This document shows, in pieces, positions 1 through 11,520 of a DNA stretch of 64,000 bases (position 1 is the stretch's first letter; the number at the start of each line of letters is the position of its first letter). Under the pieces are notes generated by a model. It was given only the letters and a program-made list of their open reading frames with translations. It was not told the origin of the DNA and ran no database searches. Origin of the DNA: Eledone cirrhosa (taxonomy: Eukaryota); the NCBI GenBank assembly GCA_964016885.1, contig OZ024740.1, positions 37,758,001 through 37,822,000 of the forward strand, read 5' to 3'. A program made the position numbers and the translations under genes.

Positions 1-6
1 AAGCAC
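1..6 (-). CDS. NOM1: Probable start of NOM1 exon 7 (runs off the window)
   Basis: TATTTTACTTGTAG|GTGCTT acceptor. The phase-1 join gives ...VGEEI-S-A, matching the expected VG.E.GA(H)FL pattern. Only 6 nt are visible. Confidence 0.5.
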
Positions 7-287
7 CTACAAGTAAAATAGATATTGAGTTGTTAGATGTAAAGGGGAACATAGATCATTAGATAAATAAAATAATTATGATATAGCTAAAGATATGCTG
101 CTTTGTCTAATACATTACCACTGGTTTTATTCAAATTTATAGTAACTTTAAGAGAAGTTGTGACTACAAAAATTTAATTCAAACAAATAGAGCATTAATC
201 ACATTACTCTTTAAAATGTTTGGTTAAGCATGATTAGATTTTCCAGCAATGTTGAAAATAGGTGAAATCACCAGCAAATTAATTATC

Positions 288-717
288 TGACTAGTAAATA
301 GATGGATCTATACAAGGTGACTAGTAAATAGAAGGATTTATACAAGGTGACTAGTAAATAGATGGATCTATACAATGTGACTAGTAACTAGATGGATTTA
401 TACAATGTGACAACTAAACAAATGGATCTATACTAGATGACAAGTAAATAGAAGGATCTATACAAGGTGACTAGTAAATAGATGGATTTATACAAGGTGA
501 CTAGTAAATAGATGGATTTATACAAGGTGACTAGTAAATAGATGGATCTATGCAATGTGACTAATAAATAGATGGATTTATACAATGTGACTAATAAATA
601 GATGGATCTATACAATATGACTAGTAAATAGATGGATCTATACAATGTGACTAATAAATAGATGGATTTATATGTGACTAGTAAATAGATGGATTTATAC
701 AAGACTAATAAATAGAT
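288..717. repeat. 30-bp minisatellite, ~14 units (TGACTAGTAAATAGATGGATYTATACAAKG)
   Basis: Direct tandem periodicity. Confidence 0.95.
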
Positions 718-2005
718 TTCTAACTTAATACACTACCTATGGTTTTCAAATACCTTTTTTAAATAATCAAGAATTTGAAGGGATTTATAATGAACGTTCT
801 CATTATTAAGTTGGTGTTTGCAACATATCTTAACAAAGGTTTTTTGTTAAAATTGTGGTGGAAGATTTTAATATAAATACTTTAAAACAAGCAGTTTTGT
901 ATAAAACCAGAGATGGTATTGAATGGTTAGGAATCAAAAGGGTTAAAATTAACTGTATTAGTCATTTCTTGTTGTCTTTTCAGATTTGATTTTTAGCACA
1001 CAATTTCACACAAGTTTTCATTTAATTTCAAGTTAATTTTTCTAGAAAAATTAATTTTTTCTTTTTCCTTCTGAACTATTCTGAGTTCAATGTTTTTCAC
1101 AATAAAACCCTGGAGCAGTATCAGACATGGGATGTGATTCAGCAGATAGTCAGCGTGATACTTCTTAGCTCTTGATCAACTAATAGCTATCATTATAACA
1201 TATTGATCTACTATAAACCAATGAAAATATAACATACTGATGTACTATAAACAAATGACAATCATTATAACATACAGAAACTGTAGCATTTATTGAATCC
1301 AATACTAACAGCAATTTCACTTCAATATCCAGCCTTCTACTAACTGATATTAAAGTTATTATTTTATTAAACACTAAAACAAACATAAAATTGTTTCCTC
1401 TGAAATGTTAACAAAATATTATGTCTTAGAACTAACTTTTGACATTACTATATGTATTCGAGTAATAGTCAATTGACAAAAAAATCTGAAATTTTCCATA
1501 GACCTTAAATAAAAGTCGACCCTAGTATTTCACAGCTAACAGATCAACATTTGTGGGTCAAGGTATCATCCTGTACATAGAAATAACACTGTTACAAAAT
1601 CATCTGAATTTATGACAAATTTATATTATTGAAAATACATGTCTGAAACTAAAAATTTACTCAAACATGTATTGGTAGTATAACCATAATTCATTGTTTT
1701 GGTTTTTATTTGTTTAGAGATCAGTTGGGCTTCTGCTATTGATATGGTACCATGGTTTCTAGCTTAATTTCAAGCCCCTCAAAGTAGTATCCATGTAATA
1801 GTCGACCACAAAAATGGTCTAAAAAATTCAACTTTACACAAGTATATACAGTATATTTTAGAACTTAACTTTTGAATAAAAGACCTTTTGATAACAGGAA
1901 ATGATTTCTATATTATTGAAAGATCAGAAACAGCTAACCATGCAGTATTGAATGTATTGATACAATTAAGTTTACAAATTTTTCATTAGTAAAAAAAATA
2001 CTTAC

Positions 2006-2205
2006 TAATTTCTTCCCCAACATTACTGTGGATAATTGCAATAAGTAGTGCCAGCTCTAACAAAAGACGATCTAGACTAGACTCAGGTCGAATAGCTGTG
2101 CTACTAATGTTTTCAAAGAAACATTTATTTAGAAGAGCACGACTGTGACAACTGTACATTTCTTCAAGTTGCTGACTCATTATTGACATATTTGCTTCAT
2201 TAACA
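2006..2205 (-). CDS. NOM1: NOM1 coding exon 6, MIF4G domain (VNEANMSIMSQQLEEMYSCHSR...LALLIAIIHSNVGEEI)
   Basis: TTTTTCTTTTAG acceptor, GTAAGT donor, phase 2/1. Resembles NOM1 NRLSEPNMASISGQLEELY..HSR. Confidence 0.9.
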
Positions 2206-2230
2206 CTAAAAGAAAAATGACAAAAAATTG

Positions 2231-3144
2231 TTAACCCTTTAGCATTTAAACTGGCTGTATCCAGCCTGAATTCACTCATCTCTTTCCATTTAAACTGGCT
2301 GTAACCGGCCTCTCATACTGATGTTGGGGTAGTGTTCTCAAAATAAATAATGTCAAAATCTCATAGATTCAATATTATGTGAGATAACTATTGAGGTAAA
2401 GCCTTTACCATGAAAATATAATAGTAAATATATTCTTCTTGTGATGCTAAACTCTGCCAGTTGCAGACTGCGCATCAACATGTGATACCACTCTCCACAA
2501 AGTTCGATCACTACCAACAGAGTTCAAAGAGCAAAGATCAAGTCCAGTCCATAAGTTGACATTGTCAAGCCATCGTTTTGGCTGCCGGCCTCTGCTTCTT
2601 TTACCAACCAACCTTCCTTCCAGGCATAACCTACTCACACCATGAGTTGATTTTTTATATGACCGCATAGTTTGAGTACTCTTGACTTGACAATTGATGT
2701 AATTGGTCTTAGTTTGGTAATGTTGAGCAGCTCACTGATACAGATACGGTCGCTGAGCCGCTTGCCAGTCTCATGATGCGGTTCTGGAATGTAGAGAGCT
2801 TCTGAAGTGACCTTGTCATCCAATTGACGCAGTCAAGACCATATAACACAACTGGTAAGATGTAAATATCAAAGATCTTAGCCTTCAAATGATAGGAAAT
2901 TCGTTTTGATGTTAGTACTTCCTTGTTCTTGTTGAAAGCTGCCCAACCTAGAGCGATTTGATATTGTGCAGCAACCATTCCATTGTTGTTTGATGATAGT
3001 TTGTGACCGAGATATACAAACTCCGTAACTTGAGCAATTTGCTGGTTGTAGATTGTGAGTTGGAGATTGGCATTGTTTTTATCAGTTGTCATACATTTTG
3101 TTTTGGAATAAATATATATAATAACATAAATGTTAAAGGGTTAA
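2231..3144 (+). mobile_element. Same MITE family, interrupted by the RTE fragment
   Basis: TTAACCCTTTAGCATTTA ... TAAATGTTAAAGGGTTAA; 2231-2433 aligns to 22570-22770. Confidence 0.8.
2434..3095 (-). mobile_element. RTE-like LINE 3' fragment
   Basis: VTEFVYLGHKLS, ILPVVLYG and LEGRLVGKRSRGRQPKRWLDNV with frameshifts; short (AAG)n tail at ~2434-2440. Confidence 0.85.
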
Positions 3145-3502
3145 ATATATATCTAAAATTATACTCCTCTTCTTTGAACCATGTAATTATATAGAATGAA
3201 AATCTGCCAGATTCTCATACAAGACATTTTCAGAATGTTTTCACAGTTCAAGAGAAATAACTTGTTTTCTTTTTTCCTGAAGATATCTACAGGTCAAAAT
3301 ACGAGACAGTTTCCATTTCCACATATTTTAATCAGCCTTAATATGTTGGAAGTGTAACTGAGAAGATGGTAGTTAGCAAGAAAAGCTGTCATTTTGGGGG
3401 GGATAAAATATATTTTTCAGATGTTTGTACCTGATTATGGTAAATATATTTAAAGAAAGAAATAAACTAATTTACAGATAGATATTTTACTACGATCTAA
3501 TA

Positions 3503-3820
3503 TTTAATTAAGAGATTATTGCTATTAATTAACTAAGAGATAATTTCTGTTAATCAAGAGATAACTGCTGTTACTTAATTAAGAGGTAATTACTGTAACT
3601 CAATCAAGAGATAATTGTTACTTAATTGAGAGATAATTGCTGTTACTTAATTAAGATATACTTGCTGTTACTTAATTAAGAAATAAATGTTACTTAATTA
3701 AGATATAATTGCTGTTACTTAAGAAATAATTGTTACTTAATTAAGAGATAATTGTAGTTACTTAATTAAGAGATAATTGCTGTTAATTTATTAAGAGATA
3801 ATTGCTGTTACTTAATCAAG
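3503..3820. repeat. ~21-25-bp AT-rich minisatellite (TTAATTAAGAGATAATTGCTGTTAC)
   Basis: Direct tandem periodicity just downstream of the exon 5 donor. Confidence 0.9.
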
Positions 3821-3857
3821 AAAAAAGAAACAAAAACTGAAAAATCTGCTTGCTTAC

Positions 3858-4164
3858 CGATTAACAAGTCCTTTCATTTGTTTATTTACTTTTGTATCAA
3901 TGACATTAACTCTAGAAATATTTTGCCGTAAAGCTGGAGGAATGTAGCCAGTTGGTTTTGAAGGCACAACCTTTCCATCAACATCTCGTAACCGGCCATA
4001 AATATCTTCTTTCAAAGTATCTTTATTTTGATCACTTAACTTCACTTGTTTTGCCTTTGATACTTCAACAGATTCATCAAATTTAACTTTTTTTTTTACT
4101 GATTTCTCTGAACTGTCTTCAGTAGTTGCCATTTTCAGAATGGAGGCTTGTTTGGTTTCAGTAA
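3858..4164 (-). CDS. NOM1: NOM1 coding exon 5 (VTETKQASILKMATTEDS...KKVKFDE...EDIYGRLRD...YIPPALR...KQMKGLVNR)
   Basis: T-rich tract plus AAG acceptor, GTAAGC donor, phase 1/2. Contains YIPPALR and KGLVNR at the start of the MIF4G domain, and KVKF, an RVxF-type PP1-docking motif (NOM1 is a known PP1 partner). Confidence 0.9.
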
Positions 4165-4377
4165 CTTTGTAAAATAAATAATAATATTAATAAATGTGAA
4201 AACTAAAAGGGTGAAAGCAGCAATTCTTTGCTTAAACTTTAATCTGTTATTTTAATAAAGTAAAATAAGATATAGTTAAACTTTGGATATATAAGATATA
4301 GTTAAAACAATAAAATAGAAAATAGTGTTGTTGTTTTATAGACTACAGCAATATAAATAGGACATTAAATGTTAAAA

Positions 4378-4581
4378 ATAATACTTTCTGATTTAAGCAC
4401 AGTTTTGGGGTTTGGGGGAAGGAAAAGACGATTAAATCGACCCCGGTACTTTATTATATGGACCCCATAAGGATGAAAGGTAAAGCTAACTTTGGCGAGA
4501 TTTGAACTCAGAATGTAAAAGGCTGCTACTATATGCCACAAAGCATGTTGTCCGACGGTCTACCGATATTGCCAATCCACC
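4378..4581 (-). mobile_element. Deu/Nin-like SINE copy, followed by an opposite-strand partial copy at ~4605-4695
   Basis: Same motifs as 4781-4971. Confidence 0.8.
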
Positions 4582-4780
4582 GAATGATAAACTTATTGGA
4601 TTGTTACCTTGGAGGTCATTAAACGGGGTTGATAAAATAAAGTACCAGTAATGCACTGGGATAATTGCTGGCCTCGTGCTAAAAGTAGAAACAATGATAG
4701 AATACATTTCAATAATGAAGGTAATTAATATAATTAAATAAATAGTATAACTAGTATAATTTTAAAAAGACACACATTAA

Positions 4781-4971
4781 TTATAATTGTTTCTACATTT
4801 GGCACAAGGCCAGCAATTATCCCAGTGTATTACTGGTACTTTATTTTATCGACCCTGTAAAGATGAAAGGCAAAGCTAACCTCGGCGGGATTTGAACTCA
4901 GATCATAAAGGGGCGTAACTCTATGCTGCAAAGCATGGCGTCCGACCCTCTACCGATACTGCCAATCCACC
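4781..4971 (-). mobile_element. tRNA-derived SINE with Deu/Nin-like domain
   Basis: Minus strand GGTGGATTGGCAG...GAGTTCAAATCCC...GCCTTTCATC...GGGTCGATAAAATAAAGTACCAG. Confidence 0.85.
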
Positions 4972-5024
4972 AATGATGGGGGAAGGGGGTAATTTTTCTT
5001 CAGTATTTGTATTCCTTTCCACAT

Positions 5025-5343
5025 GGAGGCACATGGCTTAGTGGTTAGAGCATTGGCCTTGCAATCAAAAGGTTGTGAGTTCAATTCTCAGACCGGGTGA
5101 TGTGTTGTTTCCTTGAGCAAGACACTTTATTTCACATTGCTCCAGTTTACTCAGCTGTAGAAATGAGATGATAGGGACTGGGGTCCATATCACTCCACGG
5201 CAAAAAAGCACCCAGCACTCACTGTAAATGAGGTTGGTGTTAGGAAGGGCATCCAGCTGTAGAAATCAAGCCAGAATCAGTTCCCGTCCCACCCTTGCAA
5301 GCAGGGAAAAAGCGGACGTAAAATGATGATGATGAATGATGAT
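5025..5343 (+). mobile_element. tRNA-derived SINE with CORE-like body and RTE-type (GAT)n tail
   Basis: A box TGGCTTAGTGG, B box GAGTTCAATTC, CCTTGAGCAAGACACT, GTTAGGAAGGGCATCCAGC and tail GGACGTAAAATGATGATGAT. Confidence 0.9.
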
Positions 5344-5439
5344 CCCATTTACTGAGCAAAAGACTAATCCTGACTTTATTTTCTTGTTTATATTCAATTT
5401 TACATCTCTTCACTGTGACTATTATATCTACATTTCAAA

Positions 5440-6030
5440 CCCTGTAAGGTGGTAATGTTGTTGCCATGACAAAAACACCCAGTCTACCCTGTAAAGTGGT
5501 CATTTTGGTGACATGACAATAAACATTCAGTCTACCCTGTAAAGTGGTCATGTTGGTGACAAAAAGCACTCAGTCCACCTTGTAAGGTTGATGGGATGAT
5601 GACATGACAAAAAAAAACATTCAGTCTACCCTGCAAGGTAATTGGCGTTAGGAAGGGCATCCAGTCAAGAAAACCATGCCAAAATACAGATCCACATCAG
5701 CAAGACATGATCACCTGACCTCACTAGTTTCATGAGGTAACTGTCTAACCCATGCAAAGATGGAAAATAAAATTTAAACAGTGATGATGATGATGATTTA
5801 AATCATCACTGTTTAACGTCCATTTTTCCATGCTAGCATGGGTTAGACGAGTTGTCCTGTTGTGGACAATGCTAGGTCAGGTGACCATGCTTTGCTCATA
5901 TAGAACTGATTTGGGCTGGTTTCTACAGCTGGATGCCCTTCTTAATGCCAACCACATTTACAGTGAGTACTGAGTGCTTTTTGTCATGATACCTACATGA
6001 CCACTTTATAGTGTAGACTGGGTGCTTTAT
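5440..6030. mobile_element. Tail-to-tail pair of SINE 3' modules (5440-5796 plus; 5803-6030 minus)
   Basis: TTAGGAAGGGCATCCAG...CTAACCCATGC...(GAT)n mirrored around TTTAAA at 5797-5802. Confidence 0.8.
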
Positions 6031-6548
6031 TTGATTTCATGGCTATCCAGTTTGGAATTAAATGAGATGAATAACTAAATATAATAATAAAGAACAGTAT
6101 TTGCAAAAACATTCTCAATTTAAAAGTTCATTTTGAACAAGTTGGATTATATCTACAATCAAGCCAGATGTTACCATTATCAGAGTTATCATTCTCCTTG
6201 TTTTTATATTGACTTTTCTATGCTGGCATGGGTTGGAGAGGATATTTTAAAGGTCAGATGCCCCTTTCTGATGTCAACCCATACTTTAATTTTCATTCAC
6301 AAGGCATTAGTCAGCTTGGGATTATAGTAGAAGACACCTAATGTGCAAAATTGGATCTACTCCTGTATTTTAAGCACCTTATCTATATTTTTTCAAACCA
6401 GAATAGTTAATCTAATCTTTACTGCATCATAAAAGAAAACTAATGAGAAAATACTTTTCATTTTATGGCAGACATCAAAAAGTTATAAAAGTAAACGAGA
6501 GGATAATTAATAAATTACCTCCAAAAAGAAGAGGAAAAGGAAATATAC

Positions 6549-6752
6549 CTTCTACAAGTTCTGGAATGCTTTCATCATCATCACCATCTTCATCATCATC
6601 ATCATCATCACAATTTTCATCAATCATCCCAGAGTCACTGTCTTTGCTGTCATCATCGTCAGATTTATCACCAGCTGAATCAGAATCACTTCCATTGTCT
6701 TTTTGCAGGGGAAAGACACAATTTTTAAAATCTCCTGTCACATCAAGAATAT
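6549..6752 (-). CDS. NOM1: NOM1 coding exon 4 (acidic: YILDVTGDFKNCVFPLQKDNGSDSDSAGDKSDDDDS...ESIPELVE)
   Basis: The phase-1 junction GGA T|AT ATT CTT restores GLGYIL. 204 nt inside ORF 6475..6774; donor G|GTATAT. Confidence 0.85.
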
Positions 6753-8319
6753 CTTGGACATATTTAAAGAACAATAAACAGGGTCATATTCACTGAAAAT
6801 TCAATATTAGTCTTAATTTTAAGATACAAAAAGATGCAGACCTCTGACCTGTCTGGGAAGTCAGTAGCCCCACTTCAGTCTGTAAAAGAGCCGTTCAACC
6901 CTTGTTAGCAGGTAAGTGGATGTTACGAAGGGTAGGCTGATTATAAAGGAGCGATGCTATTGCTGTGAAATCTTACATGCATTAATTTTAACTTTTCTTG
7001 TTAATAACTGCATTGTTTCTTTCCAGGGACATGCTGAAAAATTAACCTCATTTGTTCTTTCCATGAGAGTATCTTGGTCAGTCTATGAACTTTTCAGCTG
7101 ACCCTCGTAAATGATGATTGTGATAAGAAAGTACAGCACTCTTGTCATATTTTCATGCATATACATATCTATTTTGCTATACAAGCAATATAGATCATGC
7201 TATGGAAAATGTACAAGTATAGCAGCAAACATTTAATGATTTGCCAAGATATGAGGTAAGCATAGATTATATGCAAACATATGATTTACTAAAAATATGA
7301 GCTGAGGCAGAGATTGTATATTACAGGAATTGCCTCTATCCAACCCTAGCAAGTAAGGAAAACAGATGTATGATGATGACGATGATTATATGGAGAAGAA
7401 ATATATTTGTGTTAGTGTTGATATGCAATGAGAACAAGTAAAATTGATGGATTGTAAAAGCTGATAGTAAATATTATTATGGATGGCAGTTCTATGTCGA
7501 GAACATTTTAATTATACCGTATTAAAATGAGAAACTGTTGTGGCAGCAAGGAGATGGACTTTTATATGGAAATAATTTTGGTAAGTACTTAGATCCCTAA
7601 TGTCTCAGTGGATGTACATAATCATGAACAGGTATTTAATCCAATCTTATATAACCTGAACAGTTCCCTCTTGTTATTTCACACTTAGCTTATGTTTTGG
7701 ACATCAGACTAAAGATTTCTATAGTTAGTTAAATGATTTTCTAAATGAAAGTTCAGAATTATTCTTTTCTTGACCAATTACATATAACTATTACATCCCC
7801 CAAATTCTACACTCATCATCATCATTTTACATCTGCTGTTCCATGCTTGCAAAGGTCCTCAGTACAGTGTCTCTGCACTTGTGTTCCTTTATCATTTCCT
7901 CTATGAGCTTTAGCAATTTCAGATCAGCTCTCACCACTTCTGCCCATGTCTTCCTCTACTGCAGCTTCCCTCCACTCAGATTTCTTGGCCCTTTTTTACC
8001 CAGTGATCAACATCTATGTCCATATCTTGTACTACATTTGCTAGGCAGTACCTCCGTTATCCTATCAATTAACTTATATTTCTAAGAGGCAGCACTACAT
8101 GCATTATTATACTAGATATAAAAGAAATCATTATTATACTAGTTATTACAAATAAAACTTTTCTGTTTAATCTAGTTTGGTAAATAAGGAATTAGTGCTA
8201 TTCCTAAACAAGACAGAGTTAACTCATTCAGAAGAAACTGTAAAACTATTCTGGCATAATCCTATAAACAGTTAAATTATATAACTCATTAACAATATTA
8301 AGTTCCAATACAGTTAAAA

Positions 8320-8820
8320 TCATATCATTCTCATCAATTTTACAGCTGTTTCTCCACTTTTGTATGAGACAACTCCTCTCTTATAGAACATTCTTCCAAT
8401 TTGTTAGGTTTAACATCCAAAAACCACTTCTGTCTATATCTTTCTCAACCTACATCCACCACATCTTCATCACCATCAATATGCTTCACATGTCCACACC
8501 AGTGTAGTCTTCACATTTGCACATTACATCAAATTTCTCCTATACTCAGTTTCTTTCTTAACTCATATATGCATATCAACATTACACATCCAACAGAGCA
8601 TGCTCACCTTTCCACCCTTCATATATCCTCTCTGTCCAATGCCCACATTTTACTACCATACAACACTATACTTCATTCAATCTACCGTTTGGGGAGAGAA
8701 CTCTTTCATTGCTAAAAGAGGTAGTAGCTTCCTGAATATTTCCCACTCTGTTCTGATTCTGGTTACTATGCTTCCAGAGTACCCTCTTCTACTGTTAATT
8801 ACATCATCTAGCTAACAAAA
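8320..8820 (-). mobile_element. Highly decayed RTE-like LINE 3' fragment
   Basis: Reverse strand shows TGGTGTGGACATGTG (W.GHV) and a LINE-like purine bias; resembles 10890-11190. Confidence 0.45.
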
Positions 8821-9039
8821 TCTATTTACTTTTATGGACCCTTCCTTGTATTGGTGTTCTTATTGTTAACTACTCTTGCGTATTATTATCTGAAATTGTA
8901 TTAATCTGAGAATAGTGTTTGTAATTTAAATCTTAACATCTTGTACATCTCTTTGTTGGCCTGTCTACACCTCTTAATGTACCTGTAGTTTGCAATGTAT
9001 ACACTGTTTGGATTTTTTCCCCAACTCCTTTTCTGTATC

Positions 9040-9200
9040 TTAGCCCTTTAGCATTTACCTTACTCTATATCTACTATTGTGTTTTCATAAATCTATGAGA
9101 TTTTGATATTATTTATTTTGAGAACAATATGAGTGGTCAGTTAGGCTGTTTGAACAGAAAAGGGTAAGAGGATTCTGGTCAGATACAGCCAGTTTAAATA
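9040..9200 (-). mobile_element. Same MITE family, partial inverted copy
   Basis: TTAGCCCTTTAGCATTTACCTTACTCTATATCTACTATTG...ATTTATTTTGAGAACAAT. Confidence 0.7.
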
Positions 9201-9204
9201 TGGC

Positions 9205-9680
9205 CATTTCCTCAAAAGCAACAAGATCTTGTCTTTTTTCTTACTTACTAAGACTTTAGCCTTTGTTAAGTTTACACTGAGGTCTTTGTATTTTAGGTAT
9301 TGTTTTTATGTTTGGAATTTCTTCTTTAAATTTTCCTCAAATTTAAATATAAGTAATATACCAGCAGCATAGAGGAGTTTCCATGAATAGCCAGTCTTAA
9401 ACTCTTCTGTTATGGTCTAGAGTACTATGATAAACAAGAACAGGATGAGAACTGAGTCTTGGTGGAGACCAACCCGCACACGGAATTCCTTATTAATCTC
9501 TCACTTTGCTGATGGCATCTCTACACATGGCTTACACCACTCCCACAAGCCACTCATCTATACCTAATTTTCTTAAAGATCCCTATAATTCAAATTGTGT
9601 TACTCTATCAAAGATCTTCTCCAAATCAATAAAATCTTTATATAATGGCTCATACTTAGCTAGGAACTTGTCTTGCAGAT
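9205..9680 (-). mobile_element. Degenerate RTE (BovB-like) RT fragment
   Basis: Decayed VGLHQ.SVL..FLFII and LSVNL.K.KVLVS motifs; homologous to 21630-22025. Confidence 0.65.
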
Positions 9681-9974
9681 GTCACCAAGAGGTCATAACT
9701 AATAATTATCCTTTATTGCATCATACTTTCTTTTCCAAGAAAAGATTTGGTATTCACTATCTGCCTGTCCCTGAAAATAATAGGATCTTTCCAATAAAAA
9801 TATTCATAATTCACCTCTTAACATATTTCAATAATTTAGCAGAAAAACAGGTTTATTAATTCAAATGTTTATATTGTTTACTAGTGGACAGATCTTTGAA
9901 CATTTGCAGTTCTAGTGCTATTTTGTATTTTTCAAGAATATCTTGCTAATGTGCTTTTATTTGGTACAGAATCC

Positions 9975-10100
9975 TCATCATCGTTTAACATCTATCTTCC
10001 ATGCTAGCATGGGACTATCTGACAGGTTTTCTATGGCTGGATGCCCTTCCTAACACCAACCACATTTACAGTGTGGACTGGGAGCTTTTTACCGTGTTAC
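9975..10100 (-). mobile_element. SINE 3' module fragment
   Basis: CTGGATGCCCTTCCTAACACCAACCACATTTACAG and (CAT)n tail. Confidence 0.75.
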
Positions 10101-10109
10101 CTACACGGA

Positions 10110-10240
10110 ATGTTAATATTTTGCCAATGTGGTTTCATGTGGTACAGGATGTTAAGAATGGTTTACTAATGTGCTTTCAAGTGGTACAAGACAGTAAGAA
10201 TATTTTGGTAATGTGGTTTCATGCGGTACAGGACGTCAAG
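10110..10240. repeat. ~41-bp degenerate tandem repeat (3 units; a related unit at ~9935-9970)
   Basis: AAGAATATTTTGCTAATGTGGTTTCATGTGGTACAG variants. Confidence 0.7.
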
Positions 10241-10296
10241 AGTTAACTATAAAAAGAAACAAAATATTTTTATGAACAGTTTTCAAAAAAGGATAC

Positions 10297-10492
10297 ATCC
10301 TAAACCATCATCTATAAATGACTGAGGTAGAGTCTTTCTTTTCTTCAGTCCAAGCTTCTTTTCCAGTTGTTTTATAGTCTTCTCTTCACTTTTTAAAGCT
10401 TTCCTATTTTCTTCTTTGTTCTTCTCCTCATCAATATCTTCTTCCTCTTCACTTTCACTGTCCTCATCACTCTCAACTACGTTTGATTCTAC
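10297..10492 (-). CDS. NOM1: NOM1 coding exon 3 (VESNVVESDEDSESEEEEDIDEEKNKEENRKALKSEEKTIKQLEKKLGLKKRKTLPQSFIDDGLG)
   Basis: ATTTTCAG acceptor, 196 nt. IKQLEKKLGLKKRK...SFIDDGLG(Y)IL resembles the NOM1/Sgd1 motif I..LE..LGL.KRK...SF..DGLDYIL. Donor is GTATCCTTT. Confidence 0.9.
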
Positions 10493-10594
10493 CTGAAAAT
10501 AGAAACAAATAATTATTCATCAGACGATTCCACCAAAGACTGGAAAGTTACAGGAACCCTACCCACACCACCCTTTTTCTGTAAAGTTATGTTG

Positions 10595-10829
10595 GTACCA
10601 CAGAACATCCTGTCAACACTAAAGTGGTCATGTAGGTGTGTCACAACAAAAAGCACCCAGTCCACGCTGTAAATGTGGTTGGTTAGGAAGGGCATCCAGC
10701 CGTAGAAAACCTGCAGGTACAGTCCTATTCGAGTGAGGCACTGTCACCCGATCAATCTTGCCTCAAGTGAGATAATTCCCGTCTAACCCATGCTACTGTG
10801 GAAGATAGATGTTAAACAATGATGATGAT
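10595..10829 (+). mobile_element. SINE 3' module
   Basis: AAAAGCACCCAGTCCAC...GTTAGGAAGGGCATCCAGC...CTAACCCATGC...(GAT)n. Confidence 0.8.
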
Positions 10830-10889
10830 CTCTAATATGTCACAATATACATTGCTAAAATGAAAATAAAGGATTTTATCAAATGAATC

Positions 10890-11225
10890 TTGCATGCATC
10901 AATGGATGTGTAATAGTAGTGTGTATGAACAGCAAAGCATCAGTGAACTGAGAGAGATGGGACAAAAGAGGAGAGGAGAGATGTGGTATGGACATGTGAT
11001 GAACATGGAAGATGACAGCTATATAAAAAGGTGCAAGGCACTCAAAGTTGATGGAAGCTATGGAAGAGCAAGATCTAGGAAAGCTTGGGATGAAGCGATA
11101 AAAGCTGATCTTGCTCAATTAAACCTCTCAAAAGTGATGATACAGGATCGAGATCTCCGACATTATGCTGTATTGCAGAAGACCTACCTTCTATCCTGTT
11201 CAACCATGCATAGAAGCATGAAAAG
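10890..11225 (+). mobile_element. Degenerate RTE LINE 3' end
   Basis: MHQWMCN, WYGHVMNMEDDSYIKRC..LKVDG..GR.R.RKAWDEAIKADL. Confidence 0.75.
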
Positions 11226-11239
11226 CTGGACTCTGCTCT

Positions 11240-11520
11240 CCACACTCCCATAATGCAGCTTCGTCAACATAAAAAGCACTTTGTCCACCCTGTATGGCAA
11301 TCTTGTGCCACAACAAAAGTACTCAGTCCATCCAGTACTGGTAAAATGACGAGGCAGCTCCCAAACCACTTTGTAAGGTGACACAAGAGGCTCCCAGTCG
11401 ACCCTATTAGATGGTCATTTTGGTGCCACAATAAAAAGCACCCAGTCCACATTGTAATGTGGTTGTTGTTAGGAAGAACATCCAGCCATAGAAACCAAGC
11501 TAAATTAGGTCACCTGACTT
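11240..11520 (+). mobile_element. SINE fragment with expanded internal ~40-bp repeat
   Basis: Several degenerate AAAAGCACCCAGTCCAC.CTGTAA units followed by GTTAGGAAGAACATCCAGC. Confidence 0.7.

Larger units (their letters stand above)
6753..10296 (-). other. U12-type (minor spliceosome) GT-AG intron, NOM1 intron 3
   Basis: 5' splice site GTATCCTTTT. Branch-like TTCTTTAAA (6771-6763) about 10 nt before CCAAG|, with no polypyrimidine tract between them. Confidence 0.85.

Noticed and set aside
433-702. 89-aa ORF with YKSIYLLVTL repeats
   Set aside because: Translation artefact of the 30-bp minisatellite.
1180-1386. Possible additional NOM1 exon
   Set aside because: No resemblance to the expected MIF4G continuation; the acceptor at position 7-8 fits better.
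5025-5095. tRNA gene
   Set aside because: A/B boxes are present but continue into a SINE body and are repeated elsewhere, so this is a SINE head.
6443-6796. Ser-rich plus-strand ORF
   Set aside because: Antisense shadow of Asp-rich NOM1 exon 4.
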